64,000 bases of DNA from Lingula anatina (Eukaryota; Animalia; Brachiopoda): the NCBI GenBank assembly GCA_051362555.1, contig CM120640.1, positions 57,762,788-57,826,787 of the forward strand, written 5' to 3'. Of the stretch, positions 12,301 through 23,464 are shown in pieces. A program made the position numbers and the translations under genes. The notes below the pieces were generated by a model. It searched no databases, had not been told where the DNA came from, and worked only from the letters and a program-made list of their open reading frames with translations. How positions within the stretch are numbered: position 1 is the first letter of the stretch; every line of letters begins with the position of its first letter.

Positions 12301-15300
12301 AGATTGTTAACATGCCTAAGAATTAAATCCGAGGAAAAAAGACTTATATACAAAAAAAGGCACAATTTCACCAAAACTGAACCGATCAAGCTTATTTTCG
12401 AACCTCATCTGTATTTTAGTAAATCTGATCACCCCTGTGAATTTCAAGACGATTGGCCAATTGATTTTCCTTGAAATGTGTTATCGGTGTTGCACATATG
12501 CTGAAATAGTGAAAAAACAGCATAACTTCCATAAAAAAGGCCCGATCAGACTGATTTTTGAACTTGACCTGCGTATTATGAATATTCATCATTTCTGTAA
12601 GTTTCAAGCCAAAAGGTAAAACTGTTTTTCACTTATCGTGTTATCGGTGTTGCATTTATGCTGAAAAAAATGAAAAAATTGCATAACTTCCACAAATATG
12701 GCCCGATCAAGCTGATTTTCGAACTTGACCTGCGTATTATGAATATTCATCAGTTTTGTAAGTTTCAAGCCAAAAAGTAAAATGGTTTTCCACTTATCGT
12801 GTTATCGGTGCTGCATATATGCTGAAAAAAGTGAAAAAACAGCATAACTTCCCTACAAGTGACCCGATCATGCTGATTTTCGAACTTGACCTGCGTATTA
12901 TAAATATTTATCAATTCTGTAAGTTTCAAGCTGAAATGAAAAACAGTTTTCCACTTATCGTGTTATCGGTAAAAGTGCACGGCGACGACGACAGACGCAG
13001 GTGATGGCTATATGTACAGACACATCTGTGTCTGTACATAAAAAAGTGACAGCATATACTGTTTAAAATTTTTCATGCCAGCATTACAAAGGGTCATGAT
13101 GTTTTGGTAATATATTTGGTATATTTGATGAAATAATTTATCATATTAAACATTTATAGCAAAGCAGAAAACAACTGAATTTAGAAAAAAATTCAATGGC
13201 TTATCATTTCTCACATTTTATCATCCTTATTGCCCATACCTTAAGTTCCTCTGTTTTAGGATGAATGGTCCACCTGTTATCAGCAAATGAATGCTGTGTA
13301 AACTCTCCTTCTAATGGCAAAATGTGCTCTTTAATAAACTGTTTCACTCTTTGATGGTAGTTTTGGGCCTTGAAAGACAGTGCAGACACTGTCACTGGCA
13401 TGGGTGCTGGAATAAAAACAAAATAGTAGGAAAATAATTATGTACTGGGAGAAATAAATAATTACAAAAGTTGACTCACACTGGCATGATCTAATATCAT
13501 CCAATCTACTCATAAGTTACTAACTAAGCTAAATTAATTTTTGGTCAAAACACATTTTGCCTGTTATACTTCTAAAATGAAAATTGAAAACACTGGTGAA
13601 AATTCTAAATGTAAGTGTGAATTCTGCACTATTCAACATCCATTAGTCTACAGTATTTTAATATATTGTGTAAAGTGTAACTCAACTTTGTGAAGATAAT
13701 ATTAATATTGCTAATTACATTTACCTATTTCTTTTCCAGGCATTGTTGATGTGGGCTGTGTTAAATAGTGCTGCCTCCCTCTACTTGTGTTATCAGTGCT
13801 TGCCGTGTTGTTACTATTTGATGCTATTCCCCAGCCTACATTAGCTGTCAATTCTGCTAGGGAACCAATGGCTTCTGCATCTGGAGCTGCTCCCTGTCCT
13901 GAAAAAAAAAAGCACATCCAAATGTGATGTTGGAGTCACTTCTTATTAAGTAAAGAAAAGCCAATCTTGCATCCTAAATCCTACATATATGTATGCCTGC
14001 CCAGATAAGGAGGGGGGGCTTTAAAATTTACTTGGCAAAAAAAGCTTTGGAGACCATATTTTGTGTTAATTTACCCCCTGTGGTATAAACAGTAACTGCT
14101 AACACACACAAATATATACACTAATGGAATTTCTTATAGGTTTATACATTATATGAGTGCATTTTATGGTATGCCACTTCTCAAGTGGCATCACCTGACA
14201 ACAACATTAAAGTAAATGAGACTTAAATAAGGAGAATCATATTGAAGCGAGTAAACATTTCAGAAGTCTTGAATATAGTTCCTTATAGATTCCAATCTTT
14301 TCAAATCATAAATAACAATGAGTGTAATAATTACCCACAACCTTTGTCCAAAGGTGTTTCTTAATTGTCAAATTATAGTGTCCTGAACATAAAAGTTTTA
14401 CACCTCTTAACCTTCGAAGGCTGTGCATGGCCAAAGTCCATCCAAGTTATTAACTAGTGCCAACAAATAATCAAGTCAGTGTTAGTCAATATTTGGGACT
14501 AAGATAAGCACAGATAAGCACCAATGGTAAGGTCAAACATTTTCTGTAGAGAACATATGCATTTCCTAATGAATAAATGTGCATATATTATAGGTGGAAG
14601 TAAACATGCCTTAGAAAATAATTTTGAGTTTTTTTCACCCCCAAACCAGATTATTTACTTCATTGAAAAACCATTTAAAGAGTTTTTTGGTTGTTTTTCC
14701 CTGTCACTTGACAATTCATCAAACACAATGCACTTAACACTGTACAATTACTGATCTGATAAGGCTGCCAGATCCAAAACTGAACAGATTTAGAACCCAG
14801 TGAGCAAACCAGAAGAGGAAAAAAACTGCCCATCAATATCAGGCTAAAGTGTAATTAACAACATGTTTCCCTCTGCATCACTAAAATCCTGCACTTGACT
14901 TACCATATTCATCTTTACCACATGTCAATAACTGTTTACACTATGACATACACAGTATCTTAGTCAAATCCCAATAATTTAAAATTTTTACATCATAAAC
15001 ATTTAGAATACTTTCCATACAGGTGCAACTACCTGAAATTGCTCTCTTATATACTCCTTGTAAAATAGCAGCCCCTCTGAAGCACTGAAATGCCACATAA
15101 AAGTTCCAGTTGGCAATGGGTGGGATGTTCAAGTTCCTGCAATATGTATCTAAATATTCCTGTTCTGAGGGAAGCCCTAGTTGCTGGATATTTTTGTTGG
15201 CAAACCCTAAAAATAAACAAAGATGAAGGCATAACTGAATGGTTAATATCGAATTAACTATAAATAAGACATTAAGGTTAATAATGTGAACAATGAAATC

Positions 15301-16661
15301 AACTAAGATAAAACCTATTATCATCAAAAACACTTGCAATTTACTGAATATATTCTATTCAGTAATCATAATCATCATCAAAATTCCTGGCAGAAAAGTA
15401 CTCAAAACTGCATGTAATTTTATTCCTTTGTCATTCTTGAAGGTTCTTTATCTATGAAAAATACCTCACACTTGTAGCATGTAGACTAGAAAGCTATGCA
15501 ATTACAGCATTACTGTGAAAAACATACTGGTAAAGGAGAGTAATGTAGGTAAATACACCTGGTCTTTTAAAATAGGGATTTCATACAAACCTGTAAGTGG
15601 TCCTGGGATCTCTGGCATGTGATATGCCAAACAGTTGGTAGCCAGGTCAGTCAGAGGATCTCCTAAAGTGGACAGTTCCCAGTCTAACACAGCCACCACC
15701 TCAGGTCTAGTAGGGTGGTAGATCAGGTTGTCTAATCTTCAATAGATGAAATATATTTTGCTTTGTAATTATTTTACAGGCAAAGATAAAATAAAAAAGT
15801 CTTAATGGTTTCAAATTCTCAATTTGAAAATATTACATATTTTGATTCAGAATTTACTTGTACTATCAGCTTCTTCGAATGACAGCAAAAAAGGTAGTAT
15901 TTGATTACTTCCTAAACCAAAACCATAAGCAATCATGTATCAATTTTTTTCAAGTATCTCATAGAAAAAAACGTGTAGTAAAAATAAAGGGTATCTCTGC
16001 AGTTATAATACTTTTAAAACGACAATCTAGCATAATGTCATATTTACCTAAAATCCCCATGAACTACAGTGCACCTCTCATGAGCAGGGAGATGATCCTG
16101 AAGCCATTTTGACAACTTGTCCATTACAGGCATGTCCTTTGTCTTGCTGGCTTCATACTGTCTGATCCACCTTGTAAGATTTCTCTGAACATAATTGCCT
16201 AAAACAGTGATCAACAGTTTAATTTATATGCATGAACATCGGGTGTAAGAAAAAAAACTCTTTTTGAAGACACAGGTAATCAAATGCAGAGAAACTGCAA
16301 TCCTTTCAAGTGTTGTCACTGTTTTTCAACATAACAACTGCATTTGACAATTGTCATTTGACAAAATATTTCAAAATTAACTTTTACCATGTTTTCCATA
16401 ATCCTCCAAATTAGCCTTAGCTATATCCACAGCATGTATCTTACAAAGGGTTTCATTCATTGCAGCATAGATTTGCTTCCTCTCCTCAAAATGCATTTCT
16501 GGGAGGAGAGGATTCTTGAATATTCTTCCTGGGACATGCTCCATTATGTAGAAGGGTGTTCCCAATAAACTAAAATTAGATTGCCAAATCTAAGATGCAA
16601 CTATGTCTGATATCTACACATACTAGTACAAAATAGGCTGGTAGTTTTGTCAACCCTTAAC

Positions 16662-16692
<31 letters not shown>

Positions 16693-19600
16693 CCGCTCTC
16701 TCTGTCAAATATTTAAAATCTTTTCCACAAAGTAATCGTTTATGTTCTTCAGTATAATGACAAATTTGGAAACATTTTGAAAACAAGTGCCATTATGTAT
16801 ATTCAACAAAAGAAAGAACAAAAAAGGTGTTTTTATACATATTAAAATATGTCTTAATGATTGTACATTTATTAATAATAGCTAATGCATGCTTACCTGT
16901 CTTCCTCACAGAGTGCTAACATTTTAGGAACAGGTACTCCCTGGGTGCCCACTGCTTTCATGACTCGGTACTCTCTTTCCACAGCATGAGCGGAGGGCAA
17001 AAGTTTCCCTGGCTGGAAAAATTCAGAATTTGGTGAAAAACAACATTCTTTATTTCAATATGCATCTCAACCTCTATCCCTTTTCTATCTCAACAGATTT
17101 ACTACTTTATAGTATGTAATGTGGCCACCTACAAATTAAACAGATAACTTATTACAATATTAAAAATCACTGTGATTAGCACAATAAAACAAACAGCATG
17201 TGTAAGATAGATATTTATAAATCTAATATTATGACAAGCAAAGCTGAACTTAGTTATGACAAACAACCATTACATGTACCAGAGCTGTTGCCAGATATAT
17301 TGCGGCAATGCTAAGCATAACATAAATACAGTACATGGCTTATAAGGATATATAAGACTTCTTTTCTTTACTTACTGGTTTCTTTCTTAAAACCAAATTT
17401 TTTCCACCATAAGAAATGAAGTAAGTAGGATTTGACTGACCGTGGGCAAAACATCTGACAGCAGGTGGATCTGAAACAGCAACATTCATGGTTTGACTAA
17501 TATATACTATAAAGAAGAATACATTTCTGATATCAATATTGCTGTATATATAACAAACTATGCCATTTATATTGCTGTAGGCTAATGTTTTATCAAGAAA
17601 CCACTGGCCCACTTCTCCCAGGTCAGTGACCATTCCAGACAGGCAAGTAAAATCTGAACTTAACTTGTCCAAATGACTAGCATCTGACTGTAAAATAAAT
17701 GATTCTGAGCCAAGCTAATATCCTTAGAGATCTATTAACATGCTTGTCCAGTGCAAAAGAAAACATTTTGTAACACTATATATGCTATCTTCATAGCATA
17801 TCTCTCACATTAACACTGTACTGAACCTACAGCATTATTAAACACATACTAAACTTGCCTTTTGAGTGAATCTTTAATACCCAGTTCATGTATCTTGTAA
17901 GTTTCATAACAGGTAACTGTAGATTTTCTGGAACAGCTATTGTGCCAGGGTAAAAACCTCTTACACCAAACCCAACTTCTGACTCCAACTTCCTTATTGA
18001 CTGATCAACCTCACCTACATCAACCTAGAAGAATGGCACAGAGCCTTTTACCAGGATTGAAAAGAGATACAGACATTTCCTCTGTTGCTGTCCCTCATTG
18101 GGGCTTTTTTGTTTCATCACTCCCATATCAAGTAATAATCAATTTTGCACTAGAGCAATCCTCAAAACCCTGTTCCCATTTTTATAGGAAACCACAAAAA
18201 ATGTATTTCCAATATAGCAGATGCATCTGACAAAGGAAATGGCAATCTATCCCTTTCCACTCACATGGCAACAATCACATTTTGAACATTTATTTCACAT
18301 AGTACTTGCCTTGGGAATGAAGATCCAAAGCCTCATTGAGGTATTTTGTTAATTTGTCAATTGGAAGCTCCAGCCTCTTTGGTACTAAAGTTGTTCCGGG
18401 ATAAAAACCCCTCAATGAAAAACCCAGGTAAGTCTCCAATTGTTTCAAACTCTGTAAAGGCTCAGTCTGTGAGACCTCCAAAACAAATCAAAGAACAATG
18501 TCAAGCAACAGCCTGTATATATCACCACAAACACTACGGGTATATTGCTTGCTTTGCATGCTATGCACCAGTTGTTTAGCCATTAATAATTACATGAATT
18601 GCAATGTATTTAAGGCATTGTCAACAAAATTTATCATTTTCATCAAAATTTAGAAAGATACCATTTAGAAATCACGCACTGAAACTGAAGCACACTGTGG
18701 ATGCAAAAAATAAAGCATATATATATATATCAGACAATTTTATTGAATTTCATAAATTACAATGTTAAAGGATATTATTACTAAACAAATCAATAATCAC
18801 TATGAAATAACTATGAACTCATAAACAGTTAAAGCTAACATAAAAACTGATGATTGCTAATATAATTTACTTATAAACATCAGCTGAATAATCCACACTT
18901 TACACCTTACCCTTATTTAGTAAATTTTTGAGAATGTCAAAAAATAATTTAAACAATAAATTAAATCAAAAGAAGATTCCATTAGAAAATTCCTTTTCAC
19001 AGTAAAACATAAAGATCACCTTTATTGTCCTCATTCCCATTTCTTTTGCTGGTTTCAGGTTCCTTCCAATGTCATCAAGAAATATCACTTCCTCTGGATG
19101 AACATTCAGGGCTTCTAGGCACATCTGGTATATCTTAGGGTTTGGTTTCTTGATTTTCACGATACATGATTCCAATATCTAAAACATTTAAAAAATGATG
19201 TATCCTTTACTCGATAACAGTGTTATAACTGTTCAGTCATGCATTATGTTCTTATCAAAATTATTTGAATTTTTAATGTTTCTTGGAAAACATAAGCCAT
19301 TCAATTACAAAGATAAATTAGCCATTTAACCAAAAGTCTCATTCCTTAAAATATTTTTTAAAGCTACGCACTACATCAAAAAGTTTTCTGTCCAAAGGCA
19401 TTGCAGACTGTGTAGGAGTAATAAGCCAGTTGTTGGTGATAAGGGCTGTCTTAATCCCTTCTGCTCGAATACACTGTATGGCATCAAGCATCTCTGGATA
19501 TGGTCTCGCAGTCATATCTGTCAGTCCATAAAATAAGGTGGAAGCATCAATCTTTTTCCCAACCTATGTTCATAAAAGAAAAAATATTGAGGAGAATACA

Positions 19601-21071
19601 TGAACAGTAGATATGTGGATACACAGAGATCTTTTTCAGAGTCTCTGCAGAGAGCTTAAATGTGTAAACAACAAATACATTTACAGTCTAAGTAAATGAA
19701 CATTTTATTGAAATGGAGCAATGGAGATACTTTACAGTGTATATGAACTAAATATTGTAACATAGATGCTGCATTACAATTATTTAGATGCTGAGAGATA
19801 TTATGTGGACAGTGGCAATATATGCTTTACTCGTCTTTAGGGGTGCTGGTAATAGCAGTACCTTCTCTCTTCATGCATATCAAATATAATACACTGACCC
19901 CCTCTCATGCTACGTATATGCCTTTAACACCTTGAGCATTAGGAAGAGATGTTCTTGCATATATCGCTTGGGTAACTAACATGGCATTTATGGGTGACAG
20001 TGTATTATCTAACACATAATCCCAAACTGACTTCAATATGTTTTGAAAAATAAAAAAGTTTGCAGAAATATTGCAGCAATATTGTTGCAAACTGAAAGAT
20101 TGCAGCAACTAGTTTGGAGGATGTTGCAAAAAATAATTTACTGTTGGTAACTTGCAGCCATATTGCAGCAAAAAATTGCTGCAGATTTGCAAGAAAAAAT
20201 TGCAGTTTGCAGAAATATTGCAGCAGGCCTGACATTTTGCTATGGAAAATCTCACACTTACGTGACAACTTCACTTATTCATTAAAAACAAACAAAACAA
20301 CAGTTGATAAATGGAGAAACCCAAGTAAATCCTATACCTTGTCAGATAAACCTCTGTTGAACTCCTCAACATACTCCTTGAATGTCATCTCTCCTCGATC
20401 CAGTTTGGCCCAGCCACCTTGTTCTCCAAGACTAACTATGAACTCATTAACACTGTTTTTAGGAAGGTTGAGTGCAGCTTCAAAATCTAAAGAAAAATTT
20501 GACATTGCATGCTTATGATGTGTAACATGTAATTAAATTATGTTAAAAAAAAAAACTAAACAAATAAATCAAATCAAAAGCAGGCTGGAAAAAAAGCCAT
20601 ATGAAATACATTTTATCTTTCCTTGACACCTTTTAAACTTTTTGGAAAGAAAAAATTAGTTTTCCATAGAATTATAATTAAACTTAATTTTGTCATGTAG
20701 CATAAAAGCCTGTTGCTTGACAATGTTATTTGGTTTTGGGGTCTCACAGACTGAACCCTTACAGAGTTTGAAACAACATTTACATGTAAAATCTGGATAC
20801 TAATACATAAAATTACATTACATTATATAACGTACTGGATATTAAAAATAGGTAAATGGTATATACACCAGTACAAACCATTGAAAGCCTGGAATGGAGA
20901 TGGTAAAAGCACCCCTCCCATATCAAATATGACTGCTTTGGTAGGTGTAGTAGTAGAGCCATATCTCCTGGATCCTCTACCCTCACTGCACACTGATGTC
21001 GCTACAGCAGGGGAATGCTTCAATACATGACCAGAAAGGCTCTTCAATCTCATCTGGGCCAAACGCATCAT
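6200..21071 (-). CDS. ACAD10: Acyl-CoA dehydrogenase family member 10 (HAD + APH-like kinase + ACAD domains)
   Basis: Coding exons (approx.): 21071-20879, 20486-20338, 19563-19372, 19178-19020, 18475-18310 (6a) or 18024-17859 (6b), 17470-17376, 17012-16897, ~16569-16389, ~16198-16048, 15736-~15591, ~15207-15033, ~13898-13724, ~13407-13240, ~9762-9622, ~9349-9213, ~8602-8512, ~8291-8133, ~7902-7730, ~7471-7328, ~6992-6915, then 6592-6440 or 6352-6200. Motifs: [21 protein letters not shown] and FLDD; kinase GQSNPTY and [12 protein letters not shown]; [24 protein letters not shown] and ADGPDEVH. Confidence 0.95.
6440..6592 (-). CDS. ACAD10: ACAD10 proximal alternative last exon (ends ...KSKL*, canonical PTS1)
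   Basis: catag acceptor, 153 nt, phase 0, open: [50 protein letters not shown]; 34/50 aa identical to the distal exon. Confidence 0.88.
   Translation of the reverse strand, partial: AHGGAGVNSDIPLSAMFAAARTLRLADGPDEVHLRSIARGELRKLLKSKL
9777..13045 (+). mobile_element. Helentron-associated (HINE/pearl-like) element with internal tandem repeats
   Basis: 5' end ACAAGGCAGCAAAGCTGTCAAATGTACAGAC; ~370-bp degenerate units then ~160-bp units (CCGATCA.GCTGATTTTCGAACTTGACCTG); GACG-type microsatellite; 3' hairpin TATGTACAGACACA-tc-TGTGTCTGTACATA followed by an A-run; no TSD seen. Confidence 0.75.
11372..11925. mobile_element. MITE with ~120-bp TIRs and 5-bp TSD, nested in the HINE-like element
   Basis: CAGGCCTACCCAACT... 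/ ...AGTTGGGTAGGCCTG; AAAAT on both sides (11367-11371, 11926-11930). Confidence 0.9.
16668..16703. repeat. (CT)n microsatellite
   Basis: Direct reading. Confidence 0.9.
17859..18024 (-). CDS. ACAD10: ACAD10 mutually exclusive exon 6b
   Basis: ttctag acceptor, 166 nt, GC donor (AAG|GCAAGT): [55 protein letters not shown]; same length and phase as 6a, 28/55 aa identical. Confidence 0.88.
18310..18475 (-). CDS. ACAD10: ACAD10 mutually exclusive exon 6a
   Basis: Rare GAG acceptor, 166 nt, GC donor (AAG|GCAAGT): [55 protein letters not shown]. Confidence 0.88.
20710..20776 (-). promoter_or_regulatory. Intronic element complementary to the exon 6a branch point/acceptor/5' end (candidate long-range RNA pairing)
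   Basis: Inverted copy of 18440-18511; the 36 exonic nt give 34 Watson-Crick + 2 G-U pairs on the transcribed strand. The regulatory role is inferred. Confidence 0.7.
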
Positions 21072-21625
21072 TTCATTGTTTTCTACAAACTGAACGAAAA
21101 ACATGATTTAATTTTTTAAAAAAGAATCTGAATTACTACTCTGTATGATACAATGCATCCTCTATACAAACATAATGTATTTTGACTGTATATGAAATGT
21201 AATATTTGTGGTGTGAAAGATCACAAAGTGCAACCATTTAAAGACTGCCATACTGGTAACACTTTTGTATTCACAATGAAACTATATGGTATATATTACA
21301 AGTATATAACAGGGACTCTTGCTTTAGAAATGCAATGGTCAGATTAAAAGATTAACACGCCTAGTTCCTCCTGGTGTTGAGTAGAATACAGAAAAGCTGG
21401 AGATTATACAAGTATGTTGGAAACAAGAGGAGGCGGGTTAATGTGTTAATCTGATTGCAATCAGCCAGAGTCCCCGTGGAGTTCAAACTTCAGCTGTCGA
21501 CAGTATGTAACATCGAAACAACAACTCTAGAAGTCGCCCGAGAGATAAGTCATAATGAAAGAAACAAAATAACTCAGACGTAGAAATTATGCATTTTCTG
21601 GGGGTGGGACACAATTACAACTCAC

Positions 21626-21925
21626 CGTAAGGTCACTAACAAAGTACACCCTGCTGCGTACAACAACACATGTTACTAGGTCAAGTTCGATATAATAAAA
21701 TACTGGTTCAAAATTTCTGATCATTTTTTTAATCTGATGGACCAATATTTTGCATTTTCAAATATAAATGATAAATAATATCTTAATTGAATACACATGT
21801 ATCAAAACTTTTTAATCTGGCAAACTAATGTTCTTTTTTAACCCTCTTTTCTTCAGATTCCTACAGTCTGTCTTGCCTAGTTGTTTTCCTTTTCATACCC
21901 CGTGCAAAAAGGGAAGGGGGTAATA
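21626..21925. promoter_or_regulatory. Head-to-head ACAD10/DPH1 promoter region
   Basis: Likely ACAD10 non-coding exon 1 donor (G|GTGAGT, exon ends 21626 on -) lies ~300 bp from the DPH1 ATG (21925, +). Confidence 0.55.
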
Positions 21926-23418
21926 TGGAGTTGTCACAACCTGTTGTGATTTCAGCGAAGCCTTCACGAAAAGTGTTTTCAGGAGGAAAAAGTAATCTTT
22001 GAGTGTTTTGGATTAGGTTTATTTCTGTTGTTTTATCTTTAATCAGAAGTTTTGTAGATTGTTGCTGTCTTCTTAGTTAGGGGTTAGGATCAGTAGTTAG
22101 GTAGATCACAATCCGCTAGGGGCGCTACAGTCGTAACTGTCCACGGGCAGTGAAGTGTTAAACTGAAGTCGGCCTGCTGACAGTTCGCCTATGGAACCCC
22201 TTTTTTAAATCTCTCTTTTAGCGCTGCGTAAAAAAAACTAATACAAGCCATTAACTAAATAAGTTGTAAATCAAAGAATAAAATCCGGTCACATGATTTT
22301 CCCATGTTGCAGTCTTTGACAAGTTTCGGTTCTGCTTGTTTTAAGTTTTGCCTCTACAAAATGCTAAAAAATTTCAGGTAAGTGCTGGTATCATCTTTTT
22401 GAAATTTATATCCAGCAAAGTTTATGAAATTTGCTATATTATGTAGAAAAATCATGAAATTTGAAGGTTGCGAAGTATAGTTAATTTAATCCGCAATATT
22501 ACATGATGTGAAAATTACCACAGGGAAATAGCTCTGCCCTGATTAGTCACAGGCTATGTGAGCCAGACAATAGGCTGAGCACACAAAGACACACAGGGTG
22601 CTCTGCTGTGCCTGAGTGATCACTGCTGGTCAGTGGGCACAGGTTTTGAGCTGAGAAGTGTGGACACTTTTGGTGGATTTTTGCAGTTAAAAAACTTCAA
22701 TATCTTTGTTGCTTGTAGGAATATTTAAAAAATTCCAAATGATTTCATCCGGTTTTTGCATTACCTTTCAGATGATATAAGTATTTTAATTTTCTGATCA
22801 GTTTGAAAATTTTTCTGATATACCTACAGTAGTGATTTGAGCTGGGAAGGTCACATCTGTGATATTTGTAAAAAAGCAAGTAAAAGGCTACACAATCTTA
22901 AGCTTCTGAAAAGAGCGGGTATTCCAACCAATGAACTTGTAAGCTTTTACACATCAGTAAGCAGACCTACATTAGAATATGCATGTCAGGTGTGGCACCC
23001 AGATCTCACACAACAAGTTGATAAAATTGAATCCATCCAGATAGAGCACATGTAAGATTATATTCCCAGAGCTGCCCTATGATGGGGCACTTGAAACATG
23101 TAAACTTATCACTCTTGCTTGTAGAAGAGATGAACTATCTAAAACATTATTGCATAACATGTACTCTGAAGGACACAAAATCCATCATTTGCTACCAGAT
23201 ATAAATGAAAGTTAATTCCTACACTTTGCGACGGGTTTATAAGTACACTGTGCCAAAATTGAGGACTGTACGATCGTCAAAAACTTTTATCCCATGGGCT
23301 TTATCAAATTTTAAGAACTGAGGTTTTTATGAACTTACAAGTATATTTTAAGATTGTGCATCTCACCACTATTTGTTTTTATTGTAAAATCCAACTTTTT
23401 AAGTTGCAAATAAATACA

Positions 23419-23464
<46 letters not shown>

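Noticed and set aside
12350-12970. Regular ~160-bp repeats as a CRISPR array or coding repeat
   Set aside because: Whole units repeat without unique spacers; eukaryotic context; part of the HINE-like element.
19905-20274. ORFs in ACAD10 intron 3 as an alternative exon 4
   Set aside because: No similarity to exon 4; mostly a low-complexity TTGCAG-rich repeat.
22304-22383. ATG-initiated ORF ending at a strong donor (CAG|GTAAGT) as DPH1 exon 1
   Set aside because: It ends in phase 2 and gives an immediate stop when joined to exon 2; 21925-21991 fits the phase and the family N-terminus. It could still be a non-coding or poison exon.
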